A DNA stretch of 64,000 nt from an uncultured Gammaproteobacteria bacterium (GTDB taxonomy: Bacteria; Patescibacteriota; Patescibacteriia; UBA9570; XYC2-FULL-38-9). The position numbers and the translations under genes were made by a program. The notes under the pieces are model-generated. The model saw nothing but the letters and a program-made list of their open reading frames with translations. It had not been told where the DNA came from and did not search any database. Location of the stretch: positions 176,273-240,272 of the forward strand of contig CAYFNF010000002.1 of the NCBI GenBank assembly GCA_964344485.1, written 5' to 3'. Shown here piece after piece: positions 51,574-60,274 of the stretch (position 1 is the first letter of the stretch; every line of letters begins with the position of its first letter).

Positions 51574-51777
51574 GTCGCTTCCTCCTCCACCTCCGAAAAG
51601 CTCGAAGGTGTTCGTGTCGAAGTACAATCGATTCTTGCTACAGCAAAAGCACCCAAAGAGTGAACCTCTGCAGTAACAAGAATCTACATTAAAATACCGG
51701 CCTCTTTAGAGCTAAAGAGACACTATAAAATAGCAGTATTTTCCGTTTTTGTCAAACCGTATGAGCAAGACTATTCA

Positions 51778-54744
51778 CTACGAGCGAAACTCGCAGATAT
51801 CCCGATAATCACAGTATTTACAGTGAAATCCGGGTGTTGGCGTAAAATCCGCTGTATGTATGGCAGCTCCTAACTGCTCTATCCATTCTATTACTTGCGC
51901 TGTATCTTTTTCAGTCACATCCACACTCAACGGCTTGTTCTCTTCTACGTAATAATATGTCAGCGCACTTGGTAGCTCACCGAGGATGTCTTGAAGTGCG
52001 AGCGCATAGATATAGAGCTGTTCTGCGTCTTTCTTTCCTTTCTTTGGGTACTGACCAGTTTTGTAATCCAGAATCTCAATACCGCTTTCTGTTTTATCTA
52101 CTCGGTCTATTGCTCCTTTTATAGAGTAATCACCAACTGGAATAGTAAACCCCTTTTCCAGCATCTGTACGTCCGGCCAATTCTCTTCATGGATCTTGTA
52201 AAACTCTTTTAACGCTTGCTTCCCTTTTGTGCGGTACTCCTGTTTCTGCTTCTTAGAGTAGTACCAGTCGTCTATCCATTTTGATTCGTATATCTCTAAC
52301 AGTTCTTCGACAGATGGGATTGAACCTTTTTTTGTCCCGCTTTTTTTCTCTGATTCATCAAACAATCCAGCTTGCGTAGTATCGCTCCCCTCTTTTATGC
52401 GTCTAAAAAATTCAAATAAGGTGTTATGAATAGTCTTACCGAATGAAAAACTTGGCTTACCAGGGCACGGAACTTGTAGTACAAATGCGAATCGATACTG
52501 CCACGGGCAGGTTTCATACGCTTTCAGTTGCGTGAAGCTCAATGTCTTAGGAATGTACTCACTCTCTTGTTTGCTGAATTCTTTTGGAGTATCAGATGAG
52601 GCAAATACCACCTCCCCAGTTGGTGCTGGCTTAGTGTCTACAAAACCGGATTCCACTAGAAACCTGGATGGCTTCTTTTTCCTAGCACCGCCGTAATCTT
52701 CGCCACTCGTTAAGTAGAGCCCTTTCTTTGCACGTGTCATTGCTACATAGAACAGTCGCCGCTCTTCTTGTAAGTGCCAATCTCCTTCAGGAAGCACATC
52801 TTTTACGATCTCATCAGGAATCGGAATAGCTTCCTTACGACTTATAGATGGAAATCGTTTGTCTACTAAATTCACTACAAATACATAATCAAATTCCAAA
52901 CCCTTCGCTGCATGTACGGTCATAATCTTTACGGACTCCGGACCTTGATCAAAATCTGGTTGCAACCGTCCTTCATCACCTGCGTCGATCATTAAAGACA
53001 GTTCGTGAATGAATTCGATAGTGGATGTGTCCGAATGCGCGCGTTCAAACGCTTCGATATACTTATAAAACTGATTGATATAGAGTATCTGCTCAGTAGC
53101 AGCAGCGGTTTCTTTCCCAGTAAGCTGCTTCAAATACCCTGACTGATCTAAGAAATCTAATACCACTTCTCCAACACTTTTGGTCTTGGCTTTCTCAGTG
53201 AGAGCATCTACTAAGTGTAGGATACTATCGATGGTCGCATGGGTGTTCTTTTGCAGCTGCTTGACCGCGCGTATCGATCTGCACGTTTCAAATAGTGATT
53301 CAGTTTTTTTGTGTGCGTGCTGCACAATACGAATCACATCTTCATGCGGAATCTTCCAGATATCATACGTTAATACTCGATACATTGCTCGAGACTCATG
53401 GTAGTTGTCCAGTAGTTTTAGGAATGCAATCACATCCATGATCACTGGCTTGGCGAACAATCCTTGTGAAGCCAAGAACTGATACGGAATTCCAGCGCGA
53501 TCTAGGTATGGAATAAATGTCTTTGCTTGATCGTTTGCACGTACCAGAACAGCAAAATCATTCCACGACGCTTTCTTATCTTTCTTCTTTATATCAATAA
53601 TCGTATCTAGCACCATCTTGGCTTCTCCTTCTAGCGATTGCGAATGCAAGTGCTTGATTTCAGCTTTTCCCGTGACTGTACTGTTCAGTTGTTTATTGAT
53701 GTGTAACTTCTTTTCTAGACGATTTGGATTATTATTCTGTATGAATGTATATGAGAGGTCTAGAATATTCTGCGATGAACGATAGTTCTTTATTAGTGAC
53801 ACCTCCTCAGCATCCGCGTAATCATCTTTGAAGATAAGGATATTACTCATAGCTGCACCACGGAAACTGTAAATTGATTGATCGTCATCTGCAACCACTG
53901 TTAAGTTATTACGGGGTGCTGCCAGCATCTTTACTAATTCATACTGCGCATAGTTCGTATCTTGAAACTCATCGACAAGAATGTACTTAAACTGTTTGCG
54001 ATACTGTTCTAGAATGCCTGGTCGCTGCTTGAATAAATGAATTGGTTCGGTGATAAGATCGCCAAAATCAAGTGCATTCTGTGCACGCAGTAATTGCTCG
54101 TACTTCTTATATGCATGAGCAACTTCTAGCGTTCTCTGCGCTTCATCTATTTGTGCTTTCTCTTCATCACTCAGCCCTTTCTTTTTCTTTTTGAATTCGG
54201 AATCAGTATCGAGCTGAAGCTTCTCTGCATACTCCAGGTACTCTTCTGGGGTGATATCCTCATCTTTGAGTCGCGAAAAATGAGAGACTAACGCTTGAAC
54301 AAATTTGGTTGGATTTCCTTTTGGTCGATAGTAATCAAGATCGAATTCATCAATATGCTCTCGCAGTAACAACCACTGCTCAGTATCCGAAAGGAGCTTG
54401 AAATCATTCGACAGCCCAATGTGGAGCGCATGGTCGCGTAGTACTCTGTCACCAAATGCGTGAAACGTTGAGATCCATAGATCAAAAAAGCCCATGGGTA
54501 ACAAGGACTGTACTCGCTCTTCCATCTCCCCTGCTGCTTTATCTGTAAACGTGAGCGCTAGGATTTCGTCTGAAGATGCATGCTCCTGCTCAATAAGATG
54601 TGCGATTCGTCTGGTAATCACTGTGGTCTTTCCTGTACCAGCACCAGCGATAATCAACAATGGCCCGTCTTTCTTAGTAACCGCCTTTTGTTGCTCTATA
54701 TTTAAACCTTCGGTACTTGCTGTTGCCATACCGTCATCATACAC
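51778..54744 (-). CDS. UvrD/PcrA/AddA-family helicase fused to a C-terminal Cas4/AddB-type PD-(D/E)xK nuclease with a predicted 4Fe-4S cluster
   Basis: Walker A AGAGTGKT and UvrD motifs (TFH, DEFQDTN). The C-terminal 250 aa carry …CPWQYRF…, DRVDK…ILDYKTG and C-x2-C-x5-C (HCKYCDYRDIC). Confidence 0.85.
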   Translation of the reverse strand: MYDDGMATASTEGLNIEQQKAVTKKDGPLLIIAGAGTGKTTVITRRIAHLIEQEHASSDEILALTFTDKAAGEMEERVQSLLPMGFFDLWISTFHAFGDRVLRDHALHIGLSNDFKLLSDTEQWLLLREHIDEFDLDYYRPKGNPTKFVQALVSHFSRLKDEDITPEEYLEYAEKLQLDTDSEFKKKKKGLSDEEKAQIDEAQRTLEVAHAYKKYEQLLRAQNALDFGDLITEPIHLFKQRPGILEQYRKQFKYILVDEFQDTNYAQYELVKMLAAPRNNLTVVADDDQSIYSFRGAAMSNILIFKDDYADAEEVSLIKNYRSSQNILDLSYTFIQNNNPNRLEKKLHINKQLNSTVTGKAEIKHLHSQSLEGEAKMVLDTIIDIKKKDKKASWNDFAVLVRANDQAKTFIPYLDRAGIPYQFLASQGLFAKPVIMDVIAFLKLLDNYHESRAMYRVLTYDIWKIPHEDVIRIVQHAHKKTESLFETCRSIRAVKQLQKNTHATIDSILHLVDALTEKAKTKSVGEVVLDFLDQSGYLKQLTGKETAAATEQILYINQFYKYIEAFERAHSDTSTIEFIHELSLMIDAGDEGRLQPDFDQGPESVKIMTVHAAKGLEFDYVFVVNLVDKRFPSISRKEAIPIPDEIVKDVLPEGDWHLQEERRLFYVAMTRAKKGLYLTSGEDYGGARKKKPSRFLVESGFVDTKPAPTGEVVFASSDTPKEFSKQESEYIPKTLSFTQLKAYETCPWQYRFAFVLQVPCPGKPSFSFGKTIHNTLFEFFRRIKEGSDTTQAGLFDESEKKSGTKKGSIPSVEELLEIYESKWIDDWYYSKKQKQEYRTKGKQALKEFYKIHEENWPDVQMLEKGFTIPVGDYSIKGAIDRVDKTESGIEILDYKTGQYPKKGKKDAEQLYIYALALQDILGELPSALTYYYVEENKPLSVDVTEKDTAQVIEWIEQLGAAIHTADFTPTPGFHCKYCDYRDICEFRS

Positions 54745-54768
54745 CGTGCAATCGGTGTTCGCAACTGA

Positions 54769-57597
54769 TTATCGGACTCCTGGAGCTGGCCCAGAACCGA
54801 CTTTAATAAACTTTCCTAATGCGCTCTTTGCTGCTGAACCTGGAGAGACTTTTCCGTAGTCCGGATCGTCTGCAATGATATGTCCGTATCGCCGTAGCAT
54901 GCGTACTCCTTTATCAATGTCCCTATTCACTGCAGCAAATTCATCAGTACCTGTTAGACCCTGGCGCATCATCTCGTCACGTACTTCACGCAATGACGCG
55001 AGTAACTGAATATCTTGATGAGCATCTTGAATACGACCAGTCGCTTCTTCTATCGGAATTCCGAAGTTACGAGCGATGATCTCTTCGTGTTCAGGACCGA
55101 GTAAATCAACTGCATCATCTATTGGTACTCGTCCATGATACTCTATCTTTATTCTACCACCTCGTTCTGTAAAGGAAGCCATCACATTATCACTAGTGAA
55201 TGTTCCGCTGTCCTCTAACGCTGCACGCGCTTCTGCGATCTCTGCTGGGTCAAGTTCCACGTCAATATCTAATGCATCACGTTGTGCTTGAGCTGCGAGT
55301 TCAGCGGCTTGTACTGCTTCTTGCCTCTCTGCGAACCGCTCTATATCACCGGCGACTTGCTCTCCAGCAAATTCCCGGACTCGCTCAGCGCGGGGTATAG
55401 ACGGGTCATAATCCGGCAAGTAATCACTTTCTCGCGGAAGCGGCACTTCGTCTGGATGCACACCTTCATCTCCCCACCCAGCTATACCTTTCTTTGCATG
55501 ATACTCAGGAATATCTAACGCACGGTTTAACGCTTCACCGGGTGCTTTGATAATGTCTGCTGGAGTTGGGAGATCTCTGGTTGGCATGCGTCGTGCTCTG
55601 CGTATTGCTCGATCTGCTTCATCTTCAAAAAACCCAGTAGCTTGCGGGCCGGTATCCGTAGCAGGAACTTCAGTGCCATCTACTACAACAGCATCTGGGC
55701 CCCCGTCTAATCCGGTTACGTCAATAACACCGCCTTCCGCATGCATTTGATCTAGCATATCAGCTGACAGCGTGCTAGCGTGCGGAGGCTCTGGAAGCTC
55801 CACTGCATGTGGCGGCTCTCCAGGTGGGCCTTCTTGGAATAGGACTTCTGTTGCACCAGATGGACCGCCGCTCATTTCAATTCGCAATTTTCGTATATTT
55901 CCTTGAGCGTAGTACGCGGCATCCATTTCACCAGAACGAAGAGCAGTGGTTTCAATTCTCTGTGCTTCATCTAGCTCAGCTTGCATTTCATCTACTGTCA
56001 CTGTGCCGTCACGATACCCTGCTATCAATTGATCGCATCGTTCGGTTTGTGCAGCAGCAATTCCACGTAGCTCATCTAAATATGTATCATGCATATCACT
56101 CATTAGTTCTTGCGGTGTTGTTCCTGAATACTCTGTAACTCGCCCATCAGAGTCTATGACTGACATAAAGAGTGAATTCCCGTCTGACCGAAACTCTACT
56201 TGTTCTGTTATACCTAATCCATGTGGAAAGTCTTCGGATGAAGAGGTAATGAATGACGCGTAGCGCTGATCTCCGATCATTAAATAGCCATCATCTGATA
56301 TATCCATTCCCATCTCTCTCATCTGGGCAGCTGCATCGCTAGTAATATTAAAATCCACCCCATTGATCGTCTCTTGTTGAGTAAAGACTGCTTCGCGACG
56401 AATATCTGGTGCGTTTCTATCAACAGTACGCGGTTCATCCTCAGGTTGAACTGGTACATCATCAGGGAGGTCATCTCCACCTGTCTCACCTAGATCCGGA
56501 TCGTGCACCTCACCTGGGTCTACTTGCGCGACACCATCGAGCTCTGCATCATCCTCTAAAAAAGCTGCAGCTGAGCTATCCGGCAAGTCTTCTGGTGGAA
56601 GTGGAGTATTCATGACTGTCTCACCACCATCAACCAACGGCTCATCCACTGCAATGTCTGCTGGAAGGTGCGGAGTTCCTTCGACTGGAGTTACTGCTGG
56701 GCCGGCGACTCCAGCATCAAGTTCAGGTTCTGGAACAGGCACATCAGGCTCAAGCTCACCAAGCATAGTATCGCCACCAGGGAGCTCATCAACGTCCATG
56801 GCTACTGCCTCTCCATCACCTACTGCGACGTGTCTTATTTCAATATCACCATGGTCTCCAAGTTCAGCTGCTGCGTCCGCTTGAGAACGGAGTAATTGCC
56901 CTCCAACTGATCTAACTTCTTTTCCGTACGTGGCTGCAGGTGATGCAACATCATCAGTCAATGCCTCAGCAGCTTGCGCTTCTCCGATAAATAGTTTTCC
57001 AGCTGTACCAACAACTCCACGAACCATCTCAGCGTATAGACCAGACCCGAATGCTGCACCGACAGTGGTTGCCCATAAACGCAATCGCTCATCCTCACGT
57101 GCTGCTTGTTCTCGTACTACCACAATACGATCAGATTCTGCTTGTAGTAAGTCCGCTAACGCATCGCTCATTTCATCAGCGCGTTCAGCTTGCTGCTCTG
57201 GTAGCTGTTCATTCAAGTGATGGATCCGCTCTTCTCGCAACTGAATCATGAGTGGATTATCTCCCATTTGCTGTCCATTCAACTCTCCCCATGCAAGCAG
57301 AGTGTCCATATGCTCCTCTACTTCATCTGGGGTAAGATTCTCTACGCCTTTAGCTTTCGCAATAGCTTTCTCTACACCACTTATACGTTTTTTTGAACGC
57401 TTCTCATACGACGCCATGCCCATGGTGCCGCCAGTCATCAATCTTCGTCCCAAGTACAGCCCACCAAGCACGCCAGCGCCTGCGCCCGTTAATGCAGCAA
57501 CTGTCACTCCAGCAAGCACTCCTTTCTTAATTAAATTCTGTACAGTAAATTGATTTGCAATAACTTTGCCAATTTTTCCTTTTGGCTGCCACTTCAA
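54769..57597 (-). CDS. Large acidic membrane-anchored hypothetical protein (first of a five-gene cluster)
   Basis: 942 aa with an N-terminal TM helix (VLAGVTVAALTGAGAGVLGGLYL) and D/E/P/A/G-rich low complexity. The C-terminal ~250 aa are paralogous to 59088..60155 and end …VGSGPAPGVR. Apparent TTG start overlapping the upstream stop (TTGA). Confidence 0.6.
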   Translation of the reverse strand: MKWQPKGKIGKVIANQFTVQNLIKKGVLAGVTVAALTGAGAGVLGGLYLGRRLMTGGTMGMASYEKRSKKRISGVEKAIAKAKGVENLTPDEVEEHMDTLLAWGELNGQQMGDNPLMIQLREERIHHLNEQLPEQQAERADEMSDALADLLQAESDRIVVVREQAAREDERLRLWATTVGAAFGSGLYAEMVRGVVGTAGKLFIGEAQAAEALTDDVASPAATYGKEVRSVGGQLLRSQADAAAELGDHGDIEIRHVAVGDGEAVAMDVDELPGGDTMLGELEPDVPVPEPELDAGVAGPAVTPVEGTPHLPADIAVDEPLVDGGETVMNTPLPPEDLPDSSAAAFLEDDAELDGVAQVDPGEVHDPDLGETGGDDLPDDVPVQPEDEPRTVDRNAPDIRREAVFTQQETINGVDFNITSDAAAQMREMGMDISDDGYLMIGDQRYASFITSSSEDFPHGLGITEQVEFRSDGNSLFMSVIDSDGRVTEYSGTTPQELMSDMHDTYLDELRGIAAAQTERCDQLIAGYRDGTVTVDEMQAELDEAQRIETTALRSGEMDAAYYAQGNIRKLRIEMSGGPSGATEVLFQEGPPGEPPHAVELPEPPHASTLSADMLDQMHAEGGVIDVTGLDGGPDAVVVDGTEVPATDTGPQATGFFEDEADRAIRRARRMPTRDLPTPADIIKAPGEALNRALDIPEYHAKKGIAGWGDEGVHPDEVPLPRESDYLPDYDPSIPRAERVREFAGEQVAGDIERFAERQEAVQAAELAAQAQRDALDIDVELDPAEIAEARAALEDSGTFTSDNVMASFTERGGRIKIEYHGRVPIDDAVDLLGPEHEEIIARNFGIPIEEATGRIQDAHQDIQLLASLREVRDEMMRQGLTGTDEFAAVNRDIDKGVRMLRRYGHIIADDPDYGKVSPGSAAKSALGKFIKVGSGPAPGVR

Positions 57598-58397
57598 TAC
57601 ATATGGGCCAAATTTACTCCACCTAAATCTTTATACAGTTGATATATAGGCGCAGCGTCTGCAAACTGCTCTTGTGCGCGAGCATCAGCAAGTGCGATCT
57701 GTTCATGGACCGCTGCATCCACGCTATCTGCCATGAGTTCTGCGCGAGCTTCATCGTACTGCTCTTCTGCTTCAAATCGATCTACCATCGCAGCGTATTT
57801 GTCTTCAGCTCCTTTACCGCGCAGCATTCGGCCCAAATCTTGTTTAAAGAATCCTCGAATACCTTTACTTCGTTTCTCGGTAGTATCTGCTTGAGCTAAG
57901 CGCTGTCGTGCTTCATGGAGCTCTACTGCACGACCACCCTCTTCTGCGCCCCGATGTTCATCTAATAGCATTTGATATCGCTCTTGTGCTTCAGCGAGCT
58001 CATCTTTCACTTGCTCATGCTGCCACTTCTTTTCACGAGAAAAAAGTGCAGAGACACGTAGCTTTCTTCGTTCCGCTTCTTTTTGTGCAATTAATCGCTT
58101 TGCTGCGTCTATCTGTAAAACTAAACTTTGCTCGGCTGATAATGAGTGTGTATACACGGTCTCTATGGTTTGTTGCTCCGGAGGCTCCACTGCAACATCT
58201 GCTGCTGTGGCTTCTGCTATGACGTCTGCGCCCTCTCCGCGCACCTCTTCACCCATATCATGAGCACGACCCACCATCTCATCAGCAGCGTTGTCAACTA
58301 CTTCCAATGTTAACTCAGGACCATCCGGCTCCACCTCCGGTGGAACGTCGGGTTGTCGCTCTGCCTCCGCTTCTCGTCGTCGTGCGGGATCGCCCAT
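57594..58397 (-). CDS. Acidic coiled-coil hypothetical protein
   Basis: 267 aa, E/R/A-rich with predicted coiled coil, tightly linked in the cluster. Confidence 0.5.
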   Translation of the reverse strand: MGDPARRREAEAERQPDVPPEVEPDGPELTLEVVDNAADEMVGRAHDMGEEVRGEGADVIAEATAADVAVEPPEQQTIETVYTHSLSAEQSLVLQIDAAKRLIAQKEAERRKLRVSALFSREKKWQHEQVKDELAEAQERYQMLLDEHRGAEEGGRAVELHEARQRLAQADTTEKRSKGIRGFFKQDLGRMLRGKGAEDKYAAMVDRFEAEEQYDEARAELMADSVDAAVHEQIALADARAQEQFADAAPIYQLYKDLGGVNLAHMY

Positions 58398-58403
58398 ATG
58401 ATT

Positions 58404-58760
58404 TTAACTCGTCTGACTTAGTGTATTTTTTATCTCGTCAATTTTCTTCTGGTCTATTCTGGATCGAATATGTGAAATCACATCTTGTTGTTGTTTTTTC
58501 AGTTGCGTGATTTGTGCATGGAATTCGTTGAACGCATTTGTCATCTGCTCTAAACAGTCGCGCAAATCTTTCTGCTCTTGCTCTTTTTCGTTTGGTTGTT
58601 CAGCTGAAGGTGCCTGCGGTGGTGATTGCTGCTGGGGAGTCGCCTGAGGCTGCGCTGGTTGTGGTGGTACTCCTTGCTGAGCAGGTGCTTGAACAGTAGC
58701 GACCGGTTGCTGCGGCGCCTGTTGAACTGGTTGTGGTGGTACCCCTTGCTGGACAGTCAT
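58404..58760 (-). CDS. Gln/Pro-rich small hypothetical protein with a C-terminal coiled coil
   Basis: N-terminal QQGVPPQPxQQ repeats, then a helical segment. Confidence 0.45.
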   Translation of the reverse strand: MTVQQGVPPQPVQQAPQQPVATVQAPAQQGVPPQPAQPQATPQQQSPPQAPSAEQPNEKEQEQKDLRDCLEQMTNAFNEFHAQITQLKKQQQDVISHIRSRIDQKKIDEIKNTLSQTS

Positions 58761-58764
58761 AGTG

Positions 58765-59067
58765 TTATTTTTTTGCCGAGGTCATTAACTCTTGCTTCAT
58801 CTGTTGAATCTCCTCAAGGATAATCTCAGGTAAATTTGGAACATGTTGTAGCACTACTTTCATCTGCTCTTCTTCTCCTAATCCTTGCATCTGCTGTAGT
58901 GTCTGCTCGGTCTGCTGCTCTGGAATCGCTGCCATCACTCGCAACATCACACGCTTGTGAATGAGTTCATTCATTTGTTGAAGCATCTGAAGCTTTCGCT
59001 CTTCAGGTAGATTTGCTAAGCCAAGTTCGACAAATATATTTCCTTGAACATATGTAGTTGCAGACAT
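58765..59067 (-). CDS. Small Gln/Glu-rich helical hypothetical protein
   Basis: 100 aa, with a 4-nt gap to its neighbours. Confidence 0.45.
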   Translation of the reverse strand: MSATTYVQGNIFVELGLANLPEERKLQMLQQMNELIHKRVMLRVMAAIPEQQTEQTLQQMQGLGEEEQMKVVLQHVPNLPEIILEEIQQMKQELMTSAKK

Positions 59068-59087
59068 ATGAAAATATTACTTATGAA

Positions 59088-60155
59088 TTATCTTGGTGCT
59101 GGGCCAGACCCAGTTTGAATAAGTGCTTTGGCTTTTTGCGCATCAGACTGCTCGCCGTATCGCGGATCATCAAATATCACGTGGCCTGCACGTCGAGTGA
59201 TCTGCTGTAGTAGTCGCTCGGCTTCAGCCACAACTGCTTCGTACTCCTTTGTGTCGTGTAGTCCTTGGGCCAACATTGCATCACGGACTTGTAAGAGAAA
59301 TGCCAACTGTCCGCACTGTAACTCTACTTGTGCAATCAGCGTGCTGAGCTCCCCACGACCTAAGCCAGTAGTTCGAGCCATTACTTGTTCATAATTGTTC
59401 GGTCCTTCTGTTACTAACAATCTACTTCTTCCAAGCTCTACTGCTCGAGCAAGTGAATCGTCTGATTCATAGTCTCCTAACCATTCAGTGATGCGTGCTT
59501 TTTTCTTTCCGACTTTAAAAGCTAATCCGTGCTCTCCAACTGTAAATGTTCCAGACGTTGCTAGTTGATCATGTGCTGCTTGAACCGCTGCTGCGTCTAA
59601 GCCTGCAGGTGGTTGCAACGCTGCTTCTTGTGCTGCTAATGCAGTGCGTGCAGCGAGCAACTCTTCTTGCTGCTCTGTGAGCTCTGCTGCTTGCTCTGCT
59701 CCGCGCTCTGCACGATGTTCTATGCGACGGTCTTCGAGAGGTACTCCTGGCTCAACATCAGGCAATGTGTCACGAGGCTCTGGTACTGGTACATCCTCTG
59801 GACCCATACCCTGGTCCGTCATACTAGCTACTCCTTTATGTGCTTGATACTCTGCTTGATCCAATCCTCGATTCACTGCATCATCCGCAGCACGGATTCC
59901 TCCAGCTACTGCCTCTCCCACGTCTTGAAGCGACCCTGGATGCTCTGCTCGTTTCACGCGTTTTTTTGCCTGATCGACAAAAAGACCAGTTGCGCGTCGT
60001 ACGTCATCTTCTAGCATTTCGCCTGATTCTACGCCTCTGGCAGCAGTTCCGTCACGAGGCTCCTCAGCGAATGCAGGGCTAGAAGTTGCTGCAGCAAGAG
60101 TTGCTGCTAGCCCTATTCTTCGTAATGGATGCATTCTTCCACGCCGTCTAGCCAT
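59088..60155 (-). CDS. Secreted hypothetical protein, paralog of the C-terminal module of 54769..57597
   Basis: N-terminal signal peptide (MARRRGRMHPLRRIGLAATLAAATSSPAFA). Shared blocks include NRGLDQAEYQAHKGV (~NRALDIPEYHAKKGI), ATSGTFTVGEHGLAFKVGKKKARITEW (~EDSGTFTSDNVMASFTERGGRIKIEY), and VRDAMLAQGL…RRAGHVIFDDPRYGE…GSGPAPR (~VRDEMMRQGL…RRYGHIIADDPDYGK…GSGPAPGVR). Confidence 0.6.
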   Translation of the reverse strand: MARRRGRMHPLRRIGLAATLAAATSSPAFAEEPRDGTAARGVESGEMLEDDVRRATGLFVDQAKKRVKRAEHPGSLQDVGEAVAGGIRAADDAVNRGLDQAEYQAHKGVASMTDQGMGPEDVPVPEPRDTLPDVEPGVPLEDRRIEHRAERGAEQAAELTEQQEELLAARTALAAQEAALQPPAGLDAAAVQAAHDQLATSGTFTVGEHGLAFKVGKKKARITEWLGDYESDDSLARAVELGRSRLLVTEGPNNYEQVMARTTGLGRGELSTLIAQVELQCGQLAFLLQVRDAMLAQGLHDTKEYEAVVAEAERLLQQITRRAGHVIFDDPRYGEQSDAQKAKALIQTGSGPAPR

Positions 60156-60274
60156 ATATATTTTCGTTAATTCTATCTATCATAATTTAACACATTTTTT
60201 CATTTTTTGCAAGTCCTCCTGTGTATGCAAACTACTCCTCCATCCATCTCTCTACATCTCAGCTCTTCTGCTTG

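Noticed and set aside
50327-51597. 13-bp direct repeat TCCTCCACCTCCG at both ends of the GC cassette as a possible target-site duplication
   Set aside because: About 30 identical 13-mer pairs are expected by chance in 64 kb. The repeat is also low-complexity. It is kept only as a note inside the main finding.
50313-51692. Multiple long overlapping ORFs on both strands inside the GC-rich cassette (e.g. 50780..51520, 50979..51524, 50365..50832, 51148..51663)
   Set aside because: High-GC DNA lacks stop codons in most frames. These ORFs encode Arg/Pro/Gly-rich nonsense and are shadows of the single real gene (50323..51573), which alone has an SD, a signal peptide and a terminator.
55800-55880. 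The ATEVLFQEGP motif in the 942-aa protein, resembling a 3C/PreScission protease site (LEVLFQ/GP)
   Set aside because: An extra Glu breaks the site. It is a single occurrence in a low-complexity protein and is most likely coincidence.
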